Of a stretch of DNA of 64,000 nucleotides, positions 1 to 9,718 are shown one piece after another. Position 1 is the first letter of the stretch; every line of letters begins with the position of its first letter. Both the position numbers and the translations under genes were made by a program. The DNA comes from Terriglobia bacterium. Lineage in GTDB: Bacteria > Acidobacteriota > Terriglobia > Terriglobales > Acidobacteriaceae. Under the pieces are notes generated by a model, which ran no database searches, was not told the DNA's origin, and worked only from the letters and a program-made list of their open reading frames with translations. The DNA lies in contig CAVSYI010000008.1 in assembly GCA_963732045.1 (NCBI GenBank), positions 63,317-127,316 of the forward strand. The letters run 5' to 3'.

Positions 1-970
1 AAGGACGCTCCACTCCTGCGTCCCCTTGTGGAACATGTTCGGGCACAAAAATATTCGCGAAGAATGTGCTCGCGTTGCGGAGATCAAATGCCACATGAAA
101 GCGGCTGTAAACATTCAGCCCGACAAAATCGCAGCAGCCTTTGGCTTCATCGTCGCGATGGTTCAGCAGTCCAAAGGGAAAACCCAGCCGGCCGGTTTCG
201 ATCAAGTCGAAGAACGTATGATTGAAGAGTCTGTCCAGCAACTTTGCAACCCAACGGTTAGCCATACCCGGCACCGCCTCGAATACCACGTAATGCTGCG
301 CCCATCCCACCATCGCCCCGGGAATCATTTCGTGGATCGCACGGTAGGCCAGCACATGAGCTCGCGCCTGAATGCGATTGACCCGCAGAGCGTCGAGCAA
401 TCGCCCTTTGTGGCCCGGCGGAAACTCGCCGAGTACGTATCCACACGCGGCATAAACATTAGGTTCGTTGAAGGTCACCCAGAGGCGGCAAAGATCTCCA
501 ACCGCGCGCGCTACCTCGCGGGTGAAGCGCTCAAAAAGCCGGGGAGCATCCGCCCGGAGAAACGCGCCTCGCTGCTCAAACCATCTGGGATGGGTAAAGT
601 GATGCAGGCAAACAATCGGTTCAATGCCACGCTGATGCAGCGCCTCCAGCATTTGCCGGTAGCGATGCAGTGCCGCCGGATCAAAGCGGCCCTCTTCAGG
701 CTCGATACGGCTCCACTCCAGAGATAGCCGCAGAGCTTTGATCCCCAGGTCGCGCGCGATATCAAAATCGCGCTCAGCGTTTTCCCACCAGTCGCACGCT
801 TTGCCGCAACTGTCGCCGGACTTGATTCGTCCCGCCAGCTCCCAGTCAGACCATTGATTGGAATTGCCGCCCTCGACCTGATGCGCGGCTGTGGATACAC
901 CCCACAGAAAATCCTTGGGAAAGCGAAGATACAACTCAGGACTTTCACTGCGGAGGTGCAACTCGGTCAT
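1..970 (-). CDS. Glycoside hydrolase family 1 beta-glucosidase (N-terminal ~323 aa; C-terminus beyond window start)
   Basis: Own translation of minus strand from ATG (cat at 968-970): MTELHLRSESPELYLRFPKDFLWGVSTAAHQVEGG...LWVTFNEPNVY (GH1 N-terminal signature and TFNEP acid/base motif). Not in ORF track because it is open to the window edge. Listed ORF 26..727(+) is its antisense shadow. Confidence 0.85.
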   Translation of the reverse strand, partial: MTELHLRSESPELYLRFPKDFLWGVSTAAHQVEGGNSNQWSDWELAGRIKSGDSCGKACDWWENAERDFDIARDLGIKALRLSLEWSRIEPEEGRFDPAALHRYRQMLEALHQRGIEPIVCLHHFTHPRWFEQRGAFLRADAPRLFERFTREVARAVGDLCRLWVTFNEPNVYAACGYVLGEFPPGHKGRLLDALRVNRIQARAHVLAYRAIHEMIPGAMVGWAQHYVVFEAVPGMANRWVAKLLDRLFNHTFFDLIETGRLGFPFGLLNHRDDEAKGCCDFVGLNVYSRFHVAFDLRNASTFFANIFVPEHVPQGDAGVERP

Positions 971-991
971 GTCCTGCATTCTACGATACGG

Positions 992-1699
992 CTAGGCTTC
1001 GGCTTGTTCCGGCTGCGCAATCCTGCGGACCCGCTCCAAAAGTTGTCCCACACTCTCGCCAGGATCCTGTTTTTCGAAGTCCGCGTCCAGCACGATCAGC
1101 GATATTGTGGGATCGATTTCCTCAAACAGCTTCTTCGCCGGAGTACCGTGGACAGACTGCATATTCGCGCCAAGAATCACCAGCTTTGCCTTCGTGGCTT
1201 TCAACAGGATTTTGGCGTCAGGAACATTGGCCGCAGTCAGTGCGCTATAGCCGGCACTGCACAGCACCTCGCGCAGAAAGGTACGCACGTTCAGCGAATC
1301 GTAAACCGTGAGTACACGAAACTGCGCATTCACTTTTTCCTTGGAATACCGCGAGCCCAGATACGCCGCAATAATAGCTTCCGCTTCCGAGTCGTAGGTC
1401 TCGAACATGTTCAGCAGGCTGGTCATCTGCAACGTCTTCCGCAATTGCGGTTGCACTCCGCACAGCTTGATGTCTCCACCCTTCGAGCGTGCGGTTGAAA
1501 CCAGCCTTACCAGCGCCCCTAGTCCGCTGCTGTCAACGAATACAACGTTGTCCAGATGCAGGACCACGTCCGCATATTGAGGAAGGACGTCGGCAATGTG
1601 CGCCTGCAGGGTGAACACTTCCGAACCCGCCACAATGCGTCCACCGCATTGCACGATCATCACTTCGCCCACCGGGCGGCTATTCATGGTTAATGGCAT
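992..1699 (-). CDS. STAS-domain (anti-sigma antagonist-like) protein fused to a receiver-like domain lacking the phospho-acceptor Asp
   Basis: 235-aa ORF. N-terminal STAS signature (VVLHLDNVVFVDSSGLGALVRL...GGDIKLCGVQPQLRKTLQMTSL). C-terminal CheY-like pattern (RVLTVYDS...AKLVILGANM) with Gly where the acceptor Asp is expected. Confidence 0.7.
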   Translation of the reverse strand: MPLTMNSRPVGEVMIVQCGGRIVAGSEVFTLQAHIADVLPQYADVVLHLDNVVFVDSSGLGALVRLVSTARSKGGDIKLCGVQPQLRKTLQMTSLLNMFETYDSEAEAIIAAYLGSRYSKEKVNAQFRVLTVYDSLNVRTFLREVLCSAGYSALTAANVPDAKILLKATKAKLVILGANMQSVHGTPAKKLFEEIDPTISLIVLDADFEKQDPGESVGQLLERVRRIAQPEQAEA

Positions 1700-2119
1700 C
1701 TCTCCCCTTCACTTCTCCGTTGGCCCCACCGGTTCAGCCGCAACTCCCCAAAGACGCTCAAAAGTATCTCACACGACGTCAGGCACCCACTCCTGTCGCG
1801 AAACCAGCAAACTGGATTTCGTTATCGCAAAAAGAGGGACTCAAAGTCCCGTAATTTGGTCGGGCGCAAAACGCCATTAAGAGCCACCTCTGTCGTTCCT
1901 TATCCGGCGTCAGTGCAGTAATCGCTCGAGGTTACTTTCGTAACCTCTTCTACCGGAAAGAGATTCAAGTATGAAGTGCGGTTCATCGCCTGCGCAAGAT
2001 GTTGCACATACCGTGACTCCCGGCCACCAGAGCGGCTTTCGGCCCCTGATTCGATTCGACTTATTGCGGCGCCCCAGATGGCGGTTGGCGCTCGGTTTGC
2101 AGTTAACTCTGTGGGCATT

Positions 2120-4042
2120 ATGTCCTCCTCTGTCGATGGTCTGATTCTTCGTCATTTCGGACTGGTCGAAAACCCCTTCGGGGTTACGCCGGATCCGCGC
2201 TTCCTCTACATGAGCGGAACTCACCGCGAGGCCCTGGCATCGCTGGTCAACGGCATCGACTGTGGGTTCGGGTTCCAGGTACTGGTCGCGCAGCCCGGCA
2301 TGGGCAAGACCACGCTGCTTTTCGACTTTCTCGAACGATTCAGCAACTCCCGGACCGCCTTCCTGTTTCAGCAACAACAAGATCCCCGCGACTTCCTTCA
2401 ATCCCTGCTGATGGAATTGAAGAGCGACTCCACGGAAACCAGCCAGGCCAAGCTGTACGGCAAGTTGAATCAGGTGCTGTCGGAAGCAGCCCTTACCAGG
2501 AAACGCGTAATTGTGGTTGTCGATGAAGCGCAGAACCTCGACGACACCCTGCTGGAAACTCTGCGTCAACTGTCGAACTTCGAAACCGGACGCTCGAAAC
2601 TACTCCAGATTGTTCTCGCCGGACAGCCTCAACTCGCCAGGAAACTGGCGCGGCCCGAACAAGAGCAATTACGGCAACGCATATCGACGATCGCGCGCTT
2701 GAGCCCTCTCGGACTCGATGAGACGCGGACCTACCTCAATCATCGTCTCAATATCGCGGGATATCGAGGACCTCAGCTTTTCACAAAGACGGCACTCTAT
2801 CTGATCTGGTCGCGCAGTAATGGCATTCCGCGCAACATAAACACTCTTTGCTTCAATGCCATGCTGGTAACCTTCGCGCAGAAGTCGAAACAGGTGGATG
2901 AGCACGCTATCAAAGAAGCGTCTCAGGATCTGGATCTGGATTTCGTTCTCGCGGACATAGCCGGCGCACATCCGCCTGCAAATGGGACTGGGGATCGCGT
3001 CCTCACTTCCGAACTCGAACTGCCTGAGAAGAAGCCGAGTCGCAGCATTGAGCCGGCGATCGCCCAGACTTCCAGCAACGGCCGCAGGCTATCGCTCGCC
3101 GAGTCAGTTACGAAATCAACCGCAAAGCGGGAACCCGAGTTCGCTGGGGTTGTCGGCGGCGACCGCAGGAAACCCTCGGAGACAACTCAACTCGGCAACC
3201 AGCGCCAACCAGTCGCCCAGTTGTCAGGAAGCAACGGCCGCCGGCCTGCAATGGTCGAAACGGCGCCAACTTCAACTACTCTCGCTACGGCAAGCCCGGC
3301 AACCTTTTCGAACCAGCAGAAACCTGTCACTCCGGCACCAGTTGTCGCAGCCATGGCTGTGAACCCGCCATCTCGGACGCCTGTTGCCGTCGCAACTACA
3401 AGCTCTCATCGCAGCGTCGGAAGAAAAATTGTTGGCACATTGCTGGTGGCCGTCGCCGTCGGTGCTGGAGTCTTGTTCGGTCACGGACTGGGCACGCGAG
3501 CACAACGGCAACTCGAAGAAAGCTCGGAGCAGCCTTTGCACTCCCAGGCGACCCAGGATCCCCAACCTGTACGGGAAGCGCCACTGACCCAGCCTGCGAA
3601 GAAGAAAAATGCGGGATGGAGAGAGGAAGACGGTCCGGAAGTGGTTGTCCGCACCTTCCCGCCTTCCAGTGCCCTTTCAACCGATGGTTCCACCCAATCC
3701 GACGTCAAGGCCATCTTTTTCGAAGGAGACAGTTCAACTGTACCGAGCCAGTACGACATGGCTCTGCAGAGAATTGCCGAAACTCTGGCCGCCAATCCAC
3801 AATCGAATGCCATCCTCGAAGGACACACCGATAACTCCGGTGAAGAGCCCTACAACCTGGAACTCTCGATTCGCCGTGCTCGTGCCATAAAAGACGTGCT
3901 GGTCAACGACTATCAAATCGCTCCAGAACGTTTGAGTACCGTCGGAGTGGGTTCCTCAGGACCCATCGAGTCCAATTCCACCAGCAGCGGCCGCGCGTAC
4001 AACCGGAGAGTTGAAGTCCGGATCCATCAAGGCAACGAGTAA
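2120..4042 (+). CDS. ExeA/GspA-like AAA+ ATPase fused to C-terminal OmpA-like peptidoglycan-binding domain
   Basis: ORF 1976..4042. Preferred in-frame ATG at 2120 (MSSSVDGLILRHFGLVENPFGVTPDPRFLY, ExeA-type N-terminus). Walker A AQPGMGKTT. Long Pro/Ala/Thr-rich linker, one TM (IVGTLLVAVAVGAGVLFG). OmpA_C motif LEGHTDNSGEEPYNLELSIRRARAI...YNRRVEVRI. Confidence 0.8.
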   Translation: MSSSVDGLILRHFGLVENPFGVTPDPRFLYMSGTHREALASLVNGIDCGFGFQVLVAQPGMGKTTLLFDFLERFSNSRTAFLFQQQQDPRDFLQSLLMELKSDSTETSQAKLYGKLNQVLSEAALTRKRVIVVVDEAQNLDDTLLETLRQLSNFETGRSKLLQIVLAGQPQLARKLARPEQEQLRQRISTIARLSPLGLDETRTYLNHRLNIAGYRGPQLFTKTALYLIWSRSNGIPRNINTLCFNAMLVTFAQKSKQVDEHAIKEASQDLDLDFVLADIAGAHPPANGTGDRVLTSELELPEKKPSRSIEPAIAQTSSNGRRLSLAESVTKSTAKREPEFAGVVGGDRRKPSETTQLGNQRQPVAQLSGSNGRRPAMVETAPTSTTLATASPATFSNQQKPVTPAPVVAAMAVNPPSRTPVAVATTSSHRSVGRKIVGTLLVAVAVGAGVLFGHGLGTRAQRQLEESSEQPLHSQATQDPQPVREAPLTQPAKKKNAGWREEDGPEVVVRTFPPSSALSTDGSTQSDVKAIFFEGDSSTVPSQYDMALQRIAETLAANPQSNAILEGHTDNSGEEPYNLELSIRRARAIKDVLVNDYQIAPERLSTVGVGSSGPIESNSTSSGRAYNRRVEVRIHQGNE

Positions 4043-4153
4043 CCCTTTGTCATCCTGAGGAAGTGGAGTCCTTCGAAACCCGAAAGTCTGCTTGACCCGC
4101 GCGGTCGATCTCTCAGCCAGCCAACATCCTCCATACATTAAAATCAGAGCATT

Positions 4154-4807
4154 ATGGTTAAGCGTCTGTTTTTAGTTGGCTTTTTGCTTCTTCAGCTCGC
4201 AACCGCACGCTCCCAGGTTGCAGGTGTCCCAGAGACTGAAAATCGCAAGACCAGCACCCCGTACACTGGCGATCTTTCCATTTTTGATTCACCCGGCAGA
4301 GAGGAACGTCTCCAGATTGATCGCGTCATGAACATTCTGGGCATCGCTTCCGGCAAAACAGTTGCTGACATCGGGGCAGGATCAGGATGGTTCACTATCC
4401 AAGCGGCAAAGCGAGCCGGCGATAGCGGGGTGGTTTACGCGGTAGACATCAACCCCGATGCCATCCAGTACATCGCTTCCCGCGCGAAAAAAGAGAACTT
4501 GCACAACGTCAAACCGATTCTCGGGAAGCCCGACGATCCACTCTTACCGGCAAAGGTTGACGCCGTTCTGCTGCTGAAGACATATCACGAGGTTGCCCAG
4601 CCAATCACGTTGTTACGAAATCTGAGAGCTTCGCTGGCGCCTGGTGCCCGGGTCGGAGTCATCGACCGGAACGGGAATGGCGAGAACCATGGCGTGGCCA
4701 AGGATATCGTGATTCGGGAGGCGAACCAGGCCGGCTACCGCTTGCTGGAGCAATATGACTTCGTCAAAGACGGAATGGATTATTTTCTCGTCTTCGGAAC
4801 AAAGTAG
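4154..4807 (+). CDS. Class I SAM-dependent methyltransferase with N-terminal signal-like segment
   Basis: 217-aa ORF. Motif I VADIGAGSGWFT. Hydrophobic N-terminus MVKRLFLVGFLLLQLATA. Confidence 0.75.
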   Translation: MVKRLFLVGFLLLQLATARSQVAGVPETENRKTSTPYTGDLSIFDSPGREERLQIDRVMNILGIASGKTVADIGAGSGWFTIQAAKRAGDSGVVYAVDINPDAIQYIASRAKKENLHNVKPILGKPDDPLLPAKVDAVLLLKTYHEVAQPITLLRNLRASLAPGARVGVIDRNGNGENHGVAKDIVIREANQAGYRLLEQYDFVKDGMDYFLVFGTK

Positions 4808-4916
4808 TAGGCGATCTACTCGGGCCTGGCGGCGATGCATGCAGAAAATACAAGAGGACCCTCGCCGAGTGGCTTGGGCCCTCCAGTCTAGCTTACGAAC
4901 TTCCCCGTCTCTGACT

Positions 4917-6551
4917 TCAGAACGTATAGATCAGGTCAAATTGCATACGGTTCAGGCGTGCGTCTTCCTGTCCCGCGGCAACTCCCGCTGATTTCGTAGC
5001 GTTCTGCAGCGACGTATTGAGCGTGCGTCCGAACCAGTAGGTGTATGAGGCGGTAGTGTTGCTACGAACCCGCCACAGGCCGTAAATGCGGTTCTGGATC
5101 ACGTTGGTCTGGGTCCGCTGGTCGCTTTCGACAAACGGCGCGAGCACTGCGTCCTGAGCGATCCGGTTCCAGGCGTATCCCACCTGAATATCGTTCTTGT
5201 TCTTCTGCTGTCCCAGGCTGACGTCGACCATGTACGCCTTGTTCTGGCTGCCCAGATCGGTGCGGACTGCACCGTTCGAGCCCAGCGGATGCGCCTTGGC
5301 TTCGGGATTGACGATGAACTCACCCAACAGGTTGAGCGGCAACCGTGCCGACGGCGTCTTGAACTGGTTGTTCAGGATGAAATCGACATAGAGAAACTGC
5401 GAGTAAAAATGGTTCGCTCCCAGCGTTGTGACGGCATTGGTAAAGTTGTTCGGAGCGAAAACGCAGTTCGCGCCGCCCGTCGAAGTCGGAGTCGGAAAGC
5501 CCTGCACGCCGCCTTTGCAGCCCGGACCTTCTCCCGGAGACTGGCCCACCGCAAACGCACTGGCATTCAGGAGGGAGTCGATGTTGTTCCACTTCAAGGC
5601 GGTCAATGACGCCGTGGTGGACCAGAATTGGCCAAGTTGCAGTTTGGTCGAAGCCTGGCCGCCGATGGCATAGGAATCCGTGCCGCTGCTGGACTCGTTG
5701 AACAGAAGCTGCATTCCCATCAGGGTAAAGTTCTTGATCACCGGAGAGTGCAGGTCGAAGGAGAACTTCTCGCTGAATCCCTCAGGATTAAGATCGGAGT
5801 CGAAAGTCATCGGCGTCCGGTTCCAGGTGAAAGCAAATTTGCCGCCGGTCACCGAAACCCAGCGGTGTGCCACGGGATTGTAGGTGATGAATCCACGATC
5901 CAAAGCGATAGTCTTGCGATCAAAGAAATTCGTCATTGACTCGTTGGTCGAGGTGGGATCTCCAAGAGAGCCCGAGGCCAGAGAGAGGCCAGCAACGAAA
6001 TCCTCATTCAGCTTGCCATCAAAGCCGAAGCGAACCCGGATACGGCCGCGATTACGGTCAGCCACACCCTCCTGAAAGAAACTCTCACCACGGACCCGTA
6101 CATCGCCATTGAACCGGAACCGGCCCACCAAACCTTCCAGGGCAGACATTCGCTTCTGCTCTTCCTGGGTGCCGACCGCCGTGTTCGTCAAGGTGGTCTT
6201 CACGTCGGCCATGTCACTGTCCAGCTTGACCACCGTGTCTTTTTGACTATTGGCCACGGTTTCCGCCGAAATGGCTTTGCTCTGCGCGTCGCTGGCGGTG
6301 GTCTGGGCCTGTTGCAGCTGCTGTTGTGCCTGCTGCCAGGCCTGGTCTTTCTGTTGCACTTCCTGCTTCAGTTGCTCGATTTGCTGCTGCTGTGCTGCCA
6401 GCGCGTCTTTCAAAGATTGGATATCCTGCAGCGTTACAGCTGGCTGGGCAGGCTTGGCCGCTGCCTTCTTGGCCTTGGGTTTAGCCGGGGTTTGGGCGAC
6501 TAGTATTCCAGCCAACAGCGGAACCACGCACCACCTGAGAGCGGACTTCAT
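4917..6551 (-). CDS. Outer-membrane porin-like beta-barrel with N-terminal Gln-rich coiled coil
   Basis: ORF 4917..6662(-). Likely start MKSALRWCVVPLLAGILVAQ (signal peptide) at 6551. Coiled coil (QQQQIEQLKQEVQQKDQAWQQAQQQLQQ), then alternating beta-strand pattern ending ...MQFDLIYTF (aromatic C-terminus). Confidence 0.6.
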   Translation of the reverse strand: MKSALRWCVVPLLAGILVAQTPAKPKAKKAAAKPAQPAVTLQDIQSLKDALAAQQQQIEQLKQEVQQKDQAWQQAQQQLQQAQTTASDAQSKAISAETVANSQKDTVVKLDSDMADVKTTLTNTAVGTQEEQKRMSALEGLVGRFRFNGDVRVRGESFFQEGVADRNRGRIRVRFGFDGKLNEDFVAGLSLASGSLGDPTSTNESMTNFFDRKTIALDRGFITYNPVAHRWVSVTGGKFAFTWNRTPMTFDSDLNPEGFSEKFSFDLHSPVIKNFTLMGMQLLFNESSSGTDSYAIGGQASTKLQLGQFWSTTASLTALKWNNIDSLLNASAFAVGQSPGEGPGCKGGVQGFPTPTSTGGANCVFAPNNFTNAVTTLGANHFYSQFLYVDFILNNQFKTPSARLPLNLLGEFIVNPEAKAHPLGSNGAVRTDLGSQNKAYMVDVSLGQQKNKNDIQVGYAWNRIAQDAVLAPFVESDQRTQTNVIQNRIYGLWRVRSNTTASYTYWFGRTLNTSLQNATKSAGVAAGQEDARLNRMQFDLIYTF

Positions 6552-7038
6552 TAGTTCTCCTTTAGCCTCTACTTGGGCAGAGGCCCCACAGAATCGAGTT
6601 TGTACTGCGGATTTACCGGCGCCGGCAGCTACTTGATTTCGTTCCGCTGCTGAACACAACAAGGCTCGTTCCCAACGCTTAGCCTGTCGATCACCGCGTA
6701 ATTCTTGAGTACCGTCTCTTTTACGGCAGGAATGTTACGGAATCGTTACAAACCGGTGAAAATCCAGTGAATTAGGATTGGCTAAGCAACCGGCGGCATA
6801 GCGTGGAGGTATTCCTGCGAGGAACCTAAGGATGGATACGTTGCGAGCGTGGTGCCCATGAAGCTCGCTCGAGAAGTTGTTTACGCTGGGATACAAATCG
6901 AAGCCGGGCTATCTGGTGGAATAGCCAGCTGCACATGTTGAAACACACCAGCAGAAATTGGGGAACCTTCTGTCTTTCCCCAGTTCTTGCCCCGGCAATT
7001 CCCGCCCGAATCACTCATTCACACACTACGCGCAACGA

Positions 7039-7302
7039 CTACACGGCAAGGTCCACGATTATGTCAACCCACTCGCCATCCAAATATGCGCGTCCGTCGT
7101 TTGCAAGCACGAAGAGCAGCGCCTTTGGCTGTTCCGACAGTGTTGTCGCTTCAATCCAATCGGCAATGTAATAGTCCGCCTCCGGACCGATTCCTTCTTC
7201 CCGATTGGATAAAACCCGGGTTACGACGGCTTTCTGCCTAAAACCATTATCTGCATGTATCACGAACTCGAATTGTTGACCGATCTTGATCTCTGATTCC
7301 AT
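7039..7302 (-). CDS. Hypothetical small protein (87 aa)
   Basis: Isolated ORF with plausible composition, followed by hairpin ggggaa..ttcccc at about 6960-6983. No recognisable family. Confidence 0.4.
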   Translation of the reverse strand: MESEIKIGQQFEFVIHADNGFRQKAVVTRVLSNREEGIGPEADYYIADWIEATTLSEQPKALLFVLANDGRAYLDGEWVDIIVDLAV

Positions 7303-7568
7303 GCCTTCGTCCTTTCCGGCGCTTTGCCTCTCTCTCCAGGTGTTGTTGGATTCATTACGACCGCTATTCGCCGATACCGAGTCCCGGAAACGAGCATTTT
7401 ACCGCAGGGCTAAACCTCAAATGATGTAGTCAGGTTTACACCAACTACGATCCGGTTCTTATGCTTCGCAAGAATCTATGAGGCACAAACTCTGCAACCT
7501 GTATCCCTTGAAGCGGAACACAATGGACCACCTTTGATTCACAGAAGAATTGCAGGTGATTGAATCTT

Positions 7569-7644
<76 letters not shown>

Positions 7645-7804
7645 ACTCGACAGGAATACAACAGACATCGTGATTTTAACAGCGATTCTCGCGGAGACCA
7701 AGCCGCTGCTTCGAGGCTGATCATCGAAGAACATCACAAAATAATGGTTTACCTGCGCTGCACTTCAACGTCTAATACTAGAGAAGGCATTCGACGGCCA
7801 AACT

Positions 7805-8498
7805 ATGTTTGCTTCCGCTCAACCTCGCGCCCGCCAGCCCAGACTCGCGACCTACTGCTCGATCGCAGCGCATGGTCTGCTCTTGCTGTGGCTGGTGCAT
7901 CCCTCCACGCCGAAGCTGATCGCATCATCATTTGTGGTCAACGGCGATCACGGCAGCCAGATTGCCCATCTTTATTGGCTAGCCCCGCCGTCCCAGAACT
8001 CCGATGCCTCGGCAGGCACTTCGTCCACCGATTCGCGTCAGCAACTGAACACACGCCTGGCCTGGAAGCGCCGCCCTAAAACAGCCAAGGCCGTCCGCGC
8101 GAGACTTGCCCCTTCCCAAGGTCGGCGTGGATGACCAGACCAGCGCCCCTGGCGAAGCCGTTCAGGCACGCGCTGCGGGCTCGCCCCTGGGTACCGTGCT
8201 TGAAGGACCCATATCCGGAGAAGAAGTTCGTCCCGCGCTTCCCGTCGTCTCACCCGATCCGCGCGTCGCTGCCGACGAACTGGGCAGTCTTCAGGGAGAC
8301 GTGATCGTTGAAGTCACCATCGACGACAAGGGTAACATCGTCCAGAAAGTCGTCGTCCAGAGCCTGGCTCCTGCCATCGACAGCAAGGTTCTCGAGGCGT
8401 TGGAGAACTGGCGCTTCCGTCCCGCCACTCGTAACGGCGTCGCCATCGCCTCCAAACAGGACGTCTACTACCACTTCCCGCGCCTCGGCAAAGGATAA
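7805..8498 (+). CDS. TonB-family energy transducer (frame-split)
   Basis: ORF 7805..8134 has a TM anchor (YCSIAAHGLLLLWLV) and Pro/Ser-rich linker. Overlapping ORF 8106..8498 has the TonB C-terminal domain (GDVIVEVTIDDKGNIV...WRFRPATRNGVAIAS). Total 694 nt = 3n+1, one indel near 8100-8134. Confidence 0.6.
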
Positions 8499-8581
8499 GT
8501 AAATGTAGGCGCGAGCGCCCACGCTCGTGCGCCGCAGGCACGGACTGAACGGCCCGCACCCACCCCCGCTATAATGTTGAA

Positions 8582-9199
8582 GTGTCCCCCAATCAGGTTC
8601 GACAGGTAGCTTCAGCCGACTTCCCTACCCGCTGGGGCAAATTTCGCATTTACGGTTTTCGCGGGGCCTTTGGCACTCCCGGCTCACCGCGCGATGAAGA
8701 CGCCGTTGCCCTCGTCATGGGCGACATTCATTCGGCCCCCCCGCTGGTCCGCATCCATTCGCAATGCCTGACCGGAGACGTCTTCGGATCGCTGCGCTGC
8801 GACTGCCGCGCACAACTTGAGATGGCGCTCGCCATGATCGCCGAACAAGGCGCGGGCATTCTGATCTATGAACAGCAGGAAGGCCGCGGCATCGGCCTGA
8901 TGGCAAAGCTGCAGGCGTATGAATTACAAGATCAGGGACTGGATACAGTCGAGGCCAACGAACGCCTGGGCTTCAAGGCCGACCATCGCGAGTTCGCGCT
9001 CCCCGCCGAGATTCTGAAGGCTCTCGGAGTCTCAAGCGTCCGCCTGCTTTCAAATAATCCCGACAAGGTAGCCGCGTTGGAAAAGGGAGGAATCAAAGTA
9101 GCCGAACGCGTCCCCTGCGAAGTCGAACCCTCGACTCACTCCGAAGAATATTTGAAGACGAAAAAAGAAAAGCTGGGCCACCTGTTCACGTCGCGTTAG
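8582..9199 (+). CDS. ribA: GTP cyclohydrolase II
   Basis: 205 aa. RIHSQCLTGDVFGSLRCDCRAQL (Zn Cys triad), YEQQEGRGIGL, LLSNNPDKV. GTG start 6 nt after a TATAAT box (8570-8575). Confidence 0.85.
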   Translation: MSPNQVRQVASADFPTRWGKFRIYGFRGAFGTPGSPRDEDAVALVMGDIHSAPPLVRIHSQCLTGDVFGSLRCDCRAQLEMALAMIAEQGAGILIYEQQEGRGIGLMAKLQAYELQDQGLDTVEANERLGFKADHREFALPAEILKALGVSSVRLLSNNPDKVAALEKGGIKVAERVPCEVEPSTHSEEYLKTKKEKLGHLFTSR

Positions 9200-9203
9200 G
9201 GGC

Positions 9204-9300
9204 AGCTTTTAGCTTTTAGCTTTTAGCTCTTAGCTCTTCTAGCTTTTAGCCCATACCGCAGCGCTTTTGGATTTAAGCTAAAGGCTAAGAGCTAATAGCT
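9204..9300. terminator. Composite hairpin between convergent ribA and rhodanese genes (arms built of tagct/ttagc units)
   Basis: Left arm agcttttagcttttagcttttagctcttagctcttctagcttttagc (9204-9250). Right arm agctaaaggctaagagctaatagct (9276-9300) is its imperfect complement. Starts 5 nt after the ribA stop. Confidence 0.6.
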
Positions 9301-9303
9301 GGT

Positions 9304-9627
9304 TCAGTAAAGTGGCACCTTCGGATCCACAGTCCGCGCCCACCCATCAATTCCGCCCCGCATTGACTGCACATTTTCGAATCCCTGCTGCCGCAACCAG
9401 TTGGTGACGCTTAAAGAACGCACGCCGTGATGGCAGACCACGACAATATGCTCGTCCGGATCAAGCTCCTGATTCGCCCGCGCCGGAATATCTCCCATCG
9501 GAATATTCGTAGTGCCCTCAAGATGCGCCTTCTCCAACTCCCAAGGCTCGCGGACGTCAAGCAAAGTGAGTTTCTCGCCCTGCTTAAGCAGAGTTTTCAC
9601 TTGTCCAGCACTGATTTCGAAATCCAT
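9304..9627 (-). CDS. Single-domain rhodanese-like sulfurtransferase
   Basis: 107 aa. Active-site loop VVVCHHGVRS, C-terminal GGIDGW. Confidence 0.8.
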   Translation of the reverse strand: MDFEISAGQVKTLLKQGEKLTLLDVREPWELEKAHLEGTTNIPMGDIPARANQELDPDEHIVVVCHHGVRSLSVTNWLRQQGFENVQSMRGGIDGWARTVDPKVPLY

Positions 9628-9633
9628 AAAAAC

Positions 9634-9712
9634 GCTCCTGGCTGCTGGCTACTAGCTTGAACCATCGGCTCCAGGCAATTTGGCTAGAAGCCAGGAGCTA
9701 GAAGCTAGAAGC
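9634..9712. repeat. Composite hairpin (ctagaagc/gctcctgg units) just after CoA-transferase A stop
   Basis: gctcctggctgctggctactagc (9634-9656) versus gctagaagccaggagctagaagctagaagc (9683-9712), imperfect inverted repeat. Confidence 0.55.
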
Positions 9713-9718
9713 GTCTCT

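Noticed and set aside
8499-8581. FMN riboswitch upstream of ribA.
   Set aside because: The spacer is only 83 nt and consists of a terminator hairpin plus a -10 box. None of the conserved RFN element segments is present.
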